From contig DASYXV010000078.1 in NCBI GenBank assembly GCA_035934545.1, positions 34,232 through 98,231 on the forward strand: a stretch of DNA of 64,000 nucleotides, read 5' to 3'. Below are positions 53,744 to 62,783 of the stretch, one piece after another. Numbering within the stretch: the first letter of the stretch is position 1; every line of letters begins with the position of its first letter. The notes under the pieces were generated by a model that was given only the letters and a program-made list of their open reading frames with translations, had not been told where the DNA came from and searched no databases. The position numbers were made by a program, and so were the translations under genes. This DNA is from Candidatus Acidiferrales bacterium (lineage in GTDB: Bacteria; Acidobacteriota; Terriglobia; Acidiferrales; UBA7541).

Positions 53744-56700
53744 ATGAGGGTTAAGAGTTATCGTCAGTTTTTTGTGCTGTTGGGTCTAGTCACGATTTGC
53801 GCGCTTGCGGCGTGCATTCCTTCTGTTGCGCAAACGCTCGAAAAAGATTCGCTCGCCGGAATGAAGTGGCGACAGATCGGCCCGTTCCGCGGCGGCCGCG
53901 CGGAAGCCGTTGCCGGCGTCTCCGGCACGAATACATTCTATTTCGGATCCGTTGCCGGCGGCGTGTGGAAGACATCGGACCTCGGCCTTTCCTGGCAGCC
54001 GCTCTTTGCGCACGAGGCTGTCGCATCGATTGGCGCGATTGCTGTCGATCCGACTGACCCCAGCATCATTTACGCCGGCACAGGCGAACCATGCTTGCGC
54101 GGCGACATCGCCGACGGCGATGGCATGTACAAGTCGGTGGACGCGGGCAAGTCGTGGACACACATCGGCCTCGATGACACAAAACACATCGCGAAGATTC
54201 TGGTGGATCCGCACGATCACAATATCGTTTTTGTCGCGGCCATTGGCCACGCCTATGGGCCGAACGCTGAGCGCGGCGTCTTCCGCTCAGCGGATGGCGG
54301 CAAAACATGGCAGAAAGTGCTCTTCAAGGATGATAAGACGGGCGCTGTAGATTTGACCTTTGCTTCAGCCAATTCGCATGTACTTTACGCCGCGCTCTAT
54401 CAAGAGGTGCGAACACCCTGGGGCTTCACCAGCGGCGGGCCCGGCAGCGGCATTTACAAATCCGTTGATGGCGGCATGACATGGAAGCAGCTCGAAGGGC
54501 ACGGCCTGCCGAGCGGCGTCCTCGGTCGCATAGGAATTGCAGTCGGCGCAGACCCGAATCGCGTTTATGCGCTGATCGAAGCGGAGAAGGGCGGGCTGTA
54601 TCGTTCTGATGACGCGGGCGATTCGTGGCAATTCGTCACCGGCGATCATCGTTTCACGCAGCGCGCCTGGTACTTCACCCACGTTTTCGCGGATCCTAAA
54701 CAAACCGACACGCTTTACATCCTCAATACCGGCATGTACCGCTCGACCGATGCCGGCCAGACGTGGAAAAACGTAAATGCCCCGCATGGTGACCGGCACG
54801 ACCTGTGGATTGACCCCACCGACACCAGTCGCATGATCGAGTCCGACGACGGTGGCGCAACGATTTCAATCGATGGCGGGAAGTCGTGGTCGACGGAGAA
54901 CAATCAGCCAACAGCGGAGTTCTACCACGTTGCGACTGACACACGATTCAACTACTACGTCTACGGCGCGCAGCAGGACAATTCGACGGTCGCGATCGCC
55001 AGCCGCTCCGACGATGGAGCAATCACCGAGAGGGACTGGTACGACGTTGGTGGAGGCGAAAGCGGATTCGTGGTTCCTGACTCCAAGGATCCGAACATCG
55101 TATACGCCGGCTCGTATGATGGTCTGATCACTCGCTTCGACAAATCCAATGGCCAGGAGCAGGACATTTCCGCCTGGCCTCTCAATCCGATGGGCTCGGG
55201 CGCCGCGGGATTGAAATACCGGTTCCAATGGACCGCGCCCATCGCCGTGTCGCCGTTCGATTCGAATACGATCTACCACGGCGGACAGATGCTTTTCAAA
55301 AGCACCGACGACGGGCAGAACTGGACCATTATCAGCCCCGACCTCACGCGTAATGACAAGAGCAAGCAGGCGTCCTCGGGCGGACCGATCACTCAGGACA
55401 ACACGAGCGTCGAATACTACGACACGATTTTCGCCGTGGCCGAATCGCCGCTCGAACGCGGGCTGATCTGGGTTGGCAGCGACGACGGACTTGCGCACGT
55501 GACACGCGATGACGGAAAGTCATGGTCGGATGTGACTCCGAAGGATTTGCCTGCATGGAGTCGCATTGATTTGATAGATCCCTCGCCTCATGCGGCAGGC
55601 ACTGCTTATCTCGCCGCCGATCGAGTCCGCATGGACGACTATCATCCTTATCTCTATAAGACGACTGATTATGGCAAGACGTGGACGAAGATCACGAATG
55701 GTTTGCCGGACAATAGCTACTCACACGCCATTCGCGAAGACACAGTCCGCAAGGGAATGCTATTTGCCGGAACAGAAGCAGGCGTCTATGTTTCCTTCGA
55801 CGATGGCGCGAAGTGGCAATCTCTGCAGTTGAACTTGCCCACTGCGCCTGTGCACGATATGACCATTCACGGCAACGACCTGGTCGCCGCGACGCATGGT
55901 CTGGCATTCTGGATACTCGACGACATCACGCCGCTGCGGCAGATGAATCCAGAAACGGGAAATGCCGATGTGAGTTTGTACAAGCCGCAGACGGCCTATC
56001 TCTTCCGCGGTGGCTCGTTCCGCATCCCTGGTGGATTCGCCGCCGGCCAGAATCCTCCCGCGGGTGCAGTCATTGATTTTTCACTGAAGACGGCGCCCAA
56101 GGATCCGATCACGCTCGAGATTCTCGATGCAAAAGGAGAAGCTGTGCGCAAGTTCTCGAGCAAGTCCGAGAAACCGTCTGGAGAAGAAGATGAATTTGCC
56201 GCGTTCTTCGGCCGCGGCGCGACGCTATCCGCAAAAGCCGGGCTGAATCGCTTCGAGTGGGACGAGCGCTACGAGCCGCCGAGCAGCGTTCCGGGCGCGG
56301 TTTCCTGGGGCGGGCGCCCGATCGGGCCGCACGCAGTTCCCGGTAATTACGAAGTGAAACTGACTGTCGCGGGAAAGAGTTACACCGCGCCTCTGACAGT
56401 CGATGAAGATCCTCGCGTTCACGTTTCCACGGCCGACCTGCAGAAGCAGCTGGATTTCAGTCTGCAAATCCGTGAAGCTGTTACGCAAGCCCACGACGCG
56501 GTTAACCAGATTCGCCAACTGCACACGCAACTCACTGCGCTCGACAAGCAGCTCGGGGGGAATGCAAAGGCGAAGCCGATTGCCGATGCTGCCAAAGACC
56601 TCGACAAAAAATTCACCGCCGTCGAGGAGGCCTTGATTCAAGTGAAGTCAAAGACTGGCGAGGACCCGCTCAATTACCCGATTATGATCGCGGATCAGAT

Positions 56701-56926
56701 CATGGCGCTCGCCAGCACTGTCGAAAGCGCGGACGTGGCGCCGACGCAGTCGTCGCGTGACGTCTTCGACGTTTTGAAGAAGCAGCTCGACGACCAATTG
56801 ACAACCTACAACAATCTGAAGAGCAAAGACCTGGCTGACTTGAACAAGAGGATTCGTGGCGGGGATATTCCGGCGATTTCGGTAACTCCCGGCACCGGGA
56901 AGACCGATGCGGGGGCTTCGGAATAA
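53744..56926 (+). CDS. Secreted BNR/Asp-box repeat beta-propeller protein (sortilin/VPS10-like), paralogue 2
   Basis: GGAGGAA SD before ATG 53744 and a signal peptide ..CIPSVAQ. Asp-boxes include SVDAGKSWTH, SADGGKTWQK, SVDGGMTWKQ, STDAGQTWKN, SIDGGKSWST, STDDGQNWTI, TRDDGKSWSD and TTDYGKTWTK. Collinear with 1028..4297. Confidence 0.8.
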   Translation: MRVKSYRQFFVLLGLVTICALAACIPSVAQTLEKDSLAGMKWRQIGPFRGGRAEAVAGVSGTNTFYFGSVAGGVWKTSDLGLSWQPLFAHEAVASIGAIAVDPTDPSIIYAGTGEPCLRGDIADGDGMYKSVDAGKSWTHIGLDDTKHIAKILVDPHDHNIVFVAAIGHAYGPNAERGVFRSADGGKTWQKVLFKDDKTGAVDLTFASANSHVLYAALYQEVRTPWGFTSGGPGSGIYKSVDGGMTWKQLEGHGLPSGVLGRIGIAVGADPNRVYALIEAEKGGLYRSDDAGDSWQFVTGDHRFTQRAWYFTHVFADPKQTDTLYILNTGMYRSTDAGQTWKNVNAPHGDRHDLWIDPTDTSRMIESDDGGATISIDGGKSWSTENNQPTAEFYHVATDTRFNYYVYGAQQDNSTVAIASRSDDGAITERDWYDVGGGESGFVVPDSKDPNIVYAGSYDGLITRFDKSNGQEQDISAWPLNPMGSGAAGLKYRFQWTAPIAVSPFDSNTIYHGGQMLFKSTDDGQNWTIISPDLTRNDKSKQASSGGPITQDNTSVEYYDTIFAVAESPLERGLIWVGSDDGLAHVTRDDGKSWSDVTPKDLPAWSRIDLIDPSPHAAGTAYLAADRVRMDDYHPYLYKTTDYGKTWTKITNGLPDNSYSHAIREDTVRKGMLFAGTEAGVYVSFDDGAKWQSLQLNLPTAPVHDMTIHGNDLVAATHGLAFWILDDITPLRQMNPETGNADVSLYKPQTAYLFRGGSFRIPGGFAAGQNPPAGAVIDFSLKTAPKDPITLEILDAKGEAVRKFSSKSEKPSGEEDEFAAFFGRGATLSAKAGLNRFEWDERYEPPSSVPGAVSWGGRPIGPHAVPGNYEVKLTVAGKSYTAPLTVDEDPRVHVSTADLQKQLDFSLQIREAVTQAHDAVNQIRQLHTQLTALDKQLGGNAKAKPIADAAKDLDKKFTAVEEALIQVKSKTGEDPLNYPIMIADQIMALASTVESADVAPTQSSRDVFDVLKKQLDDQLTTYNNLKSKDLADLNKRIRGGDIPAISVTPGTGKTDAGASE

Positions 56927-57046
56927 CGAGTGCGGTTGTCTGACGTACGAGAGCCGCGCAGTATTTCTCGAGTCTGCGCGACCATCTTGCACATTGCTTA
57001 CGGCTCTTGAGTGGCTTGTTTCGTCTGACGTATCATTCAGTTCGGC

Positions 57047-57688
57047 ATGAAAAGCGCCAAAGAACTGGTCTGGAAACCGGTCACGCACTGGATTGGAGCC
57101 GGCGCGGGATGGCTGTTGGGGCGCGTTGTGAGCGCTCTTGCCGCCACGGGCATCACGCCCAATGTCCTCACGCTTATTGGAATGGCTGTGAATGTATGGG
57201 CGGCCATCCTCTTCGCGTTCGGAGAATTTCGCGCAGCGGCCGCCGTGCTTTTCCTCGCGGGATTCCTCGACATGGCGGACGGCCAGGTTGCGCGCCGCGC
57301 TGGCCGCGTCACGGCGTTTGGCGCTTTCCTGGATTCCACGCTTGACCGCTACTCCGATCTCGGCTTGTACATGGGCCTCGTCGTTCATTACACGCTGATT
57401 GGCCGGCCGTTTTACATGGCGCTCGCCGCCGTCGCCATGGCGAGCTCGTTCATGATCAGCTATTCGCGGGCCCGCGCCGAATCGCTGATTCCGTCCTGCA
57501 AAGTCGGCTTCATGGAGCGGCCGGAACGGTTGGTGCTCCTGATTTTGGGCGGGGCATTCTTGCGAATGGCGCCGGCCCTCTGGGTGATTGCGACTGTGGC
57601 AACGCTCACCGTCATTCATCGCGTAGTGTATACGTGGCAGGAGATCCGCGCTGGACATGTTCTCCCTGGCACTGGCGGCTCTTTTTAG
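57047..57688 (+). CDS. CDP-alcohol phosphatidyltransferase-family protein (PgsA-like size)
   Basis: Complete signature D-G-x2-A-R-x8-G-x3-D-x3-D in DMADGQVARRAGRVTAFGAFLDSTLDRYSD. Multi-TM. Confidence 0.85.
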   Translation: MKSAKELVWKPVTHWIGAGAGWLLGRVVSALAATGITPNVLTLIGMAVNVWAAILFAFGEFRAAAAVLFLAGFLDMADGQVARRAGRVTAFGAFLDSTLDRYSDLGLYMGLVVHYTLIGRPFYMALAAVAMASSFMISYSRARAESLIPSCKVGFMERPERLVLLILGGAFLRMAPALWVIATVATLTVIHRVVYTWQEIRAGHVLPGTGGSF

Positions 57689-58464
57689 ATTTCCTCATTG
57701 GCTTTCTCTTGTGAGCGAGTTATCGCGAGCTGCGCAATGTGGTCCTTGACGGGCGTGGAGACAATCGCGTGGACTCGGTCTTTCAGTTCCTCGCACTGCT
57801 CTTTTGTCATTCCCTTGGTTTCAATCGTGTCGTGCAGGAAGACGGTGATTTTCCCGGGATAAAGCATCCAGTTTCCGGTGCGATGGAATTCGTACGAGCC
57901 GACGATGCTCATCGGCACAATCGGCACGCCAAAGCTTATCGCCAGGCGAAACACGCCTTTTTGAAATGGGCCAACGTGTCCGTCGCGCGTTCGCGAACCT
58001 TCCGCGAAAGCAATCAGGCTGATTCCGGAATCGAATGCATGTTTTGCCTTGCGCGCCATTTCCTGAATTCCCGCGCGGCTGCGATCATTCTCATCCGGCA
58101 CGGGCACATTGCCGAATCGCCCCATCATCCAGCCGTAGGCCGGAATCTTGAAGTGAGACGCAAGCTCAAAGCCGCGCACGAATTGCGGAATCGCTGAATA
58201 GATCACAAACGGATCGAAGATATTCACGTGATTGCAGACGAACAGGCTCGTGCGTTTGGAATCGAACCCGCGCGCGCGACGCACCTCGAATCGCGCTCCG
58301 GCGAGCCGCAGGATGTTCCGGAAGAATACCCGTTGAGGCCAGTCGTTTTTCCTTGGATCCACCACCATTCCGAGCAGAACCAGAAGGGTGCATACAACGA
58401 AGAAATGGACGCCACTCACGGCCCAAAGAATCGCCGCGCGTATTCTGAGCCACAAGGATTTCAT
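57685..58464 (-). CDS. 1-acyl-sn-glycerol-3-phosphate/lysophospholipid acyltransferase (PlsC family)
   Basis: HX4D block NHVNIFD, and AFAEGSRTRDG and VPIVP blocks. ATG 58464 overlaps the TGA of the upstream kinase gene (ATGA). Confidence 0.85.
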   Translation of the reverse strand: MKSLWLRIRAAILWAVSGVHFFVVCTLLVLLGMVVDPRKNDWPQRVFFRNILRLAGARFEVRRARGFDSKRTSLFVCNHVNIFDPFVIYSAIPQFVRGFELASHFKIPAYGWMMGRFGNVPVPDENDRSRAGIQEMARKAKHAFDSGISLIAFAEGSRTRDGHVGPFQKGVFRLAISFGVPIVPMSIVGSYEFHRTGNWMLYPGKITVFLHDTIETKGMTKEQCEELKDRVHAIVSTPVKDHIAQLAITRSQEKANEEI

Positions 58465-59381
58465 ACGAGAATGTCTAGCGCCCCGGGGATCACATCGAGA
58501 GTTTGGCACTGCAAACGGAAGCTCTCGCCGTCTATCATCACATTGACCGGCGCATCAAACGCAAATTCCACATGGCGCACAGCAGAACGCGAGGCAAGCG
58601 GGTGCCGCACGTGCGTTCCATCGAAGAGCGTGTGCAGATTTCGCAGCAGCCCGAACCGCCCAATCGGGCCCCAGCGCACATATTCAATTAGCCCGTCGCA
58701 AGCATCGGCGTCTGGCGCAATCATCATCTTTCCCCCGGTGAATTTGCTGTTGCTGAAGGCGAGGAACAGGCACGGGCGATTGTCGAACGCTGTCGCACCG
58801 TCAGTGCGCAGAGGAAAGACGCGGCGATCCAGGCGAGCGAGGCACATCAGCACGCCGAGAATGTAACCCAATTCGCCCCAGCGCTTGAAACGGCGATTCG
58901 TAACGTCGGCCACGTCAGCGGCAAATCCCAGCGTCAACAAGTTGATGTAGTGCAACTCACCGCCCGCATGTTTCAACCGGATAACGTCGCATCGCCGGCG
59001 CGTTCCGTTCAGCATTATTTTCGCGGCGGCATCCACATCTTCCGCGCCGCGATGGTTGACGAAATCGCGCAGGAACGAATTCCCTGTTCCCAACGGAAGG
59101 AACGCAAGAGTACAGCGATCGTCTTTATTGGCCGGTGGTGCGGCAAAAAGTCCGTTTACGACTTCGTAGGACGTGCCGTCTCCACCCACGACAAGAAAAT
59201 TTCGCTGGCCCAATTGCATGGCTTCGCGCACCAGTTCGGTTGCATGGCCGGCAACGCGTGTTTCGGCAACATCAATTGTCAGCCCCGCGGCCCGCAGGCG
59301 CGCAAGTGCTCCGGGAGCACGTCTGCCGCAGCGTCCGCCGCCGGCCGCCGGATTCACCACTGCGAGAAAGTGAGTCGCCAC
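58461..59381 (-). CDS. Diacylglycerol-kinase-catalytic-domain lipid kinase (YegS/BmrU-like)
   Basis: Contains VVNPAAGGGR, LVVGGDGTSYEVVNGL (GGDGT) and LPLGTGN motifs. GTG start. Confidence 0.85.
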   Translation of the reverse strand: MATHFLAVVNPAAGGGRCGRRAPGALARLRAAGLTIDVAETRVAGHATELVREAMQLGQRNFLVVGGDGTSYEVVNGLFAAPPANKDDRCTLAFLPLGTGNSFLRDFVNHRGAEDVDAAAKIMLNGTRRRCDVIRLKHAGGELHYINLLTLGFAADVADVTNRRFKRWGELGYILGVLMCLARLDRRVFPLRTDGATAFDNRPCLFLAFSNSKFTGGKMMIAPDADACDGLIEYVRWGPIGRFGLLRNLHTLFDGTHVRHPLASRSAVRHVEFAFDAPVNVMIDGESFRLQCQTLDVIPGALDILV

Positions 59382-59391
59382 GAAGCCTTCC

Positions 59392-61101
59392 TCAGAGCGC
59401 CATCATCGCCGAACGATCCGTAGTCAGCCGAATTTCCTCAGCCAGGGCATTGCGTTTGATTTTCATTGATGCCGTACGCGGAAAATCGCGCGTCCATATC
59501 AGGCAATCGCTGACACGTTTGAAATCTGGCAGCCGCCGGTTGCGACCCGTCATCTGCGCGCGCAATTCGCCCGTGAATTGCTCAGCCCCATCAAGGCGAA
59601 TCACGAGGACAAGCTGTTCGCCGGTCATTTTCCGCACCGGCCAGATGTAGTTTGCAGCAAAAATGCAAAACTCCTTCACCGGCAGCCCTTCGAAATTGTT
59701 CTCGATGTCTTCGGGATAGATATTTTTCCCGCCTTCAGTGACGATCATGTTTGTCTTGCGTCCGAAGAGCTGCAAATGGCCTGTTGCGTCCAGTCGTCCG
59801 AGGTCGCCCGTCTGGAGCCAGCCGTCCACAATCGTTGCAGCCGTCAGCTCCGGATCGTCCAGGTAGTGCGACATGATCGTCTTGCTTCTCACGGCCACTT
59901 CTCCGATTCCGTTTGGCCCTGGATTCACGATGCGCACCTCGGTGCCCGGGAGCGGTTTCCCGACTGTGTCCATGCGCGGAGCGCGGGGATCGTTGACGCA
60001 AACCGCCGTCCCCGCCTCAGTTAGCCCATAGGAGTTAGCGACTGGAATGCCCAGATCAAGAAAAAACTTCAACGTTGCCGGCTCGATGAACGCGCTTCCC
60101 ACTCCGAACGCGCGCAATTGGCCTCCAAATGAGCTGTGAACTTTGCCGAGAAGTCGCCGGCTCAACCACATTCTGGGTCGATCGCGCGTCAGCGCTCGAT
60201 TTAGCCGAATAAGCAATCTCAGTGTGGTGCGTTTGCCCTTCGGAAGAGTCGCAAACTTATCCTCTAGGCCTCTTTGTAGATTCTTCAGTATGAGGGGCAC
60301 CAGCATCATGTAATGAATCTTGTAACGAGTGAAAGCGTCGCGCACGAATTCCGGCCGCAGCGTACGCAGATGGACTACCGTCGCACCGGAAGTGAACGGA
60401 AGAAGAAATCCCATCATAAAGTCAACCACGTGATTTGTCGGGAGAATGCTGAGGTAACGAGCTTCCGGCTCAAACGCGAATACCTGCGTGATCGCACGGC
60501 ACTGCTCGAGATAATTTTCATGCGTCATGACGCAGCCCTTCGGCCGCCCACCTGTCCCCGAGGAATAAACGATGGAAGCCCAGTCCATGCGATCGCGCTC
60601 TTCAAATACTGGCTCACTCTTGCCGCGAAACTCTTCCCATCGCTTTGCGCCGTGCAGTTCACCGCCGCCGGGCGCTTCGGTTACCAGAACCGTCTTTGCC
60701 TTGAAATTTGCAAAACCCTTCTCCTGCGTGATGGCGCGCCACAAATGATATTCGACAACGAGGACTTCAGCCTTCGAGTGAGCCAGGAGTTGCAAATGCT
60801 CCGCGGCAGTCAGCTTGTAATCGAGGGGCACAAGCACGCCACCGCAATAGAGAATTGCATAAGCGGAGATCAGCCATTTTGACTGATTGGTCATGACGAT
60901 TGCCGCACGCCCGTCGGGATGGAAGCTGGCATCTTGCAGGGCTCGAGCCAGAGGCAAAGTCGCTTCCTTGAATTGCCGGTACGTCAGGCGGCAGTTCTCT
61001 CTTTCCCGGTCGGCTTCGATCAGGCAGGTCTCGTCTGGCCAGCGCTCGAGCGCAGCGCGCAGGGCCGAGCCAAGAGAGGAATATTGGCGGAGGTCGAGCA
61101 T
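59392..61101 (-). CDS. AMP-dependent synthetase/ligase (acyl-CoA or acyl-ACP synthetase)
   Basis: AMP-binding motif [11 protein letters not shown], ..GYGLTE-like SYGLTEAG, and TGDLG..GR.. motifs. The start shares one nt with the ACP stop (TGATG). Confidence 0.85.
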   Translation of the reverse strand: MLDLRQYSSLGSALRAALERWPDETCLIEADRERENCRLTYRQFKEATLPLARALQDASFHPDGRAAIVMTNQSKWLISAYAILYCGGVLVPLDYKLTAAEHLQLLAHSKAEVLVVEYHLWRAITQEKGFANFKAKTVLVTEAPGGGELHGAKRWEEFRGKSEPVFEERDRMDWASIVYSSGTGGRPKGCVMTHENYLEQCRAITQVFAFEPEARYLSILPTNHVVDFMMGFLLPFTSGATVVHLRTLRPEFVRDAFTRYKIHYMMLVPLILKNLQRGLEDKFATLPKGKRTTLRLLIRLNRALTRDRPRMWLSRRLLGKVHSSFGGQLRAFGVGSAFIEPATLKFFLDLGIPVANSYGLTEAGTAVCVNDPRAPRMDTVGKPLPGTEVRIVNPGPNGIGEVAVRSKTIMSHYLDDPELTAATIVDGWLQTGDLGRLDATGHLQLFGRKTNMIVTEGGKNIYPEDIENNFEGLPVKEFCIFAANYIWPVRKMTGEQLVLVIRLDGAEQFTGELRAQMTGRNRRLPDFKRVSDCLIWTRDFPRTASMKIKRNALAEEIRLTTDRSAMMAL

Positions 61102-61343
61102 CAGAGGCGTGCTTGGATGCGTTCAGCGAGCGCGCGGAAATCGCTCACTCCTTGCAACTCGTAATCGGGCAGCTCGATGTGGAAATGGTTTTCGAGGCGC
61201 GTCAGCAGGTCCAGCGCCTGCAGGCTGTCAATTCCAAGCTTCTTGAAAAGGTCGTCCTCCGGCGCGAGGCTCTCGCGCGGCACGCGGAAATGCGCCGCTG
61301 CCAGCCGCAGAACTTCTTCCGTGGTTTCTTGAAGGGATGGCAC
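61101..61343 (-). CDS. Acyl carrier protein
   Basis: 80 aa with phosphopantetheine attachment motif [11 protein letters not shown]. Confidence 0.85.
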   Translation of the reverse strand: MPSLQETTEEVLRLAAAHFRVPRESLAPEDDLFKKLGIDSLQALDLLTRLENHFHIELPDYELQGVSDFRALAERIQARL

Positions 61344-61430
61344 GCGATTGCTTAACCTCCAGATTCACTTTCTTCACTTTGTGATATCGCGCCGTCGGCA
61401 ATCGACCTGGCATGCATGAAATCCCCGCTC

Positions 61431-61835
61431 CTATTCATGGGCTGTGGGGCTTTTCTCCCTCTTCAGCTCGAAGGCCCTTACGATGACATACGCCACGAGC
61501 GCGAACATGAAAAATAGAAGCAGCATCCAGGCGAGCCCCTCCAGCGCACCGATAATTGCCCGGTACACTTCCAAAATCCAGCGATCCGCGGTAAGGCTAT
61601 AAGATGAACCATGCTCCTGCGGAGTGATGTACTGCTGCAGCAGGGAAATATTCACGCCACTTGAAATCCCGACAACGTACTCGGCAAACGTGATGTACTT
61701 TGTCCACGCCCTGCTCATCTCGTCCGCGACGATTCGAGCCAGAATTTGGTCAACGGATTTCGAGAATATCCGCGCGACAATCGCGGACACAGCCACAGAA
61801 ACCAATAGAGTTACCAGCAGCAAGGCAAGAAACAT
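61431..61835 (-). CDS. Membrane protein, hypothetical (134 aa, 2-3 TM)
   Basis: N- and C-terminal hydrophobic helices. It lies between the crotonase and ACP genes on the same strand. Confidence 0.5.
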   Translation of the reverse strand: MFLALLLVTLLVSVAVSAIVARIFSKSVDQILARIVADEMSRAWTKYITFAEYVVGISSGVNISLLQQYITPQEHGSSYSLTADRWILEVYRAIIGALEGLAWMLLLFFMFALVAYVIVRAFELKREKSPTAHE

Positions 61836-61979
61836 TCCTCAGCTCCGAGTGTTTCTGACGAATGCAAACAATCGCGAAATACAAAGAGCCGAACTGACGA
61901 GGCCGCAGGCAGTCTGCATAGGCCCAGTTGATGCAGGCTTCTTCATAATGTCAGCGTCTCTTCGCCTTGAATTTGGTTC

Positions 61980-62783
61980 TCATGGGAGATATGGCATCGC
62001 ATCCGTGCTTTCCGCAAATTTTCGCAGACTTTCTTCGACGGCAGGGTGGTTGAACAGTTCGCAAAACATTTCAATTTCCTGCCGCAGCTCTTCATACGGA
62101 ATTGGCTTGATGAATCGTTTTGCGGCAACCGCGGTCACTCGGTCGAATTTCTGTATTTGCGCCGCCGTCGTGCGCGCCACTCGCAACGTTTCGCCTTCTG
62201 CAGTGACCTGGCTGACCAATCCGATTGCCTGCGCCTTCATCGCATTGAAGCTGCGTCCCGTCAACAGCAGATCCCGCACGACTGCGTTGCCGATGTCTCG
62301 TTTCAACCGGGGAATTCCGCCGAAGCCAGGAATCAGTCCAAGACGCAATTCTGGAAAGCAGAATCGCGCCATCTTGTCCGCAATAATCAAATCGCAAACA
62401 AGCGCCAGCTCAAAGCCTCCGCCGAACGTCACGCCATGCACCGCGGCAATCGTCGTCATCGGCGCCGCGTCAATTGTATTGAGCACCCGATGAATGCGAT
62501 GCAAAAACTCGCGCGCCTTCGCGCTCCTTTCAGCGGCAGGAAGCGGACGACTCCTCTCGAAAAGTTCACGCAAATCGGCTCCAGCGCTGAATCCCGATGG
62601 AATTGAACTGTAGAGGATCAGAACAGCAGCATCTTTTGTCCTCGATTCCAGCGCGTCCGCAAACCGCTCGAGCTCCTCGAGCGTCGCCAAACCAATCTCG
62701 TTGCACGGTTCGCGGTGCAGCTTCAGTTCGATGACGCCGCTGGCCGATTCCCACGACAGTGTTTTCCCGTGATAGCTTTTCAT
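61980..62783 (-). CDS. Enoyl-CoA hydratase/isomerase (crotonase) family protein
   Basis: Oxyanion-hole segments ..FSAGADLREL.. and ..AAVHGVTFGGGFELALVCD... ATGA overlap with the upstream ligase gene. Confidence 0.85.
   Translation of the reverse strand: MKSYHGKTLSWESASGVIELKLHREPCNEIGLATLEELERFADALESRTKDAAVLILYSSIPSGFSAGADLRELFERSRPLPAAERSAKAREFLHRIHRVLNTIDAAPMTTIAAVHGVTFGGGFELALVCDLIIADKMARFCFPELRLGLIPGFGGIPRLKRDIGNAVVRDLLLTGRSFNAMKAQAIGLVSQVTAEGETLRVARTTAAQIQKFDRVTAVAAKRFIKPIPYEELRQEIEMFCELFNHPAVEESLRKFAESTDAMPYLP

Noticed and set aside
56648-57658. 336-aa minus-strand ORF
   Set aside because: It spans the 3' end of BNR paralogue 2, the intergenic gap and the CDP-alcohol transferase in antisense. 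The transferase frame carries the complete family signature.
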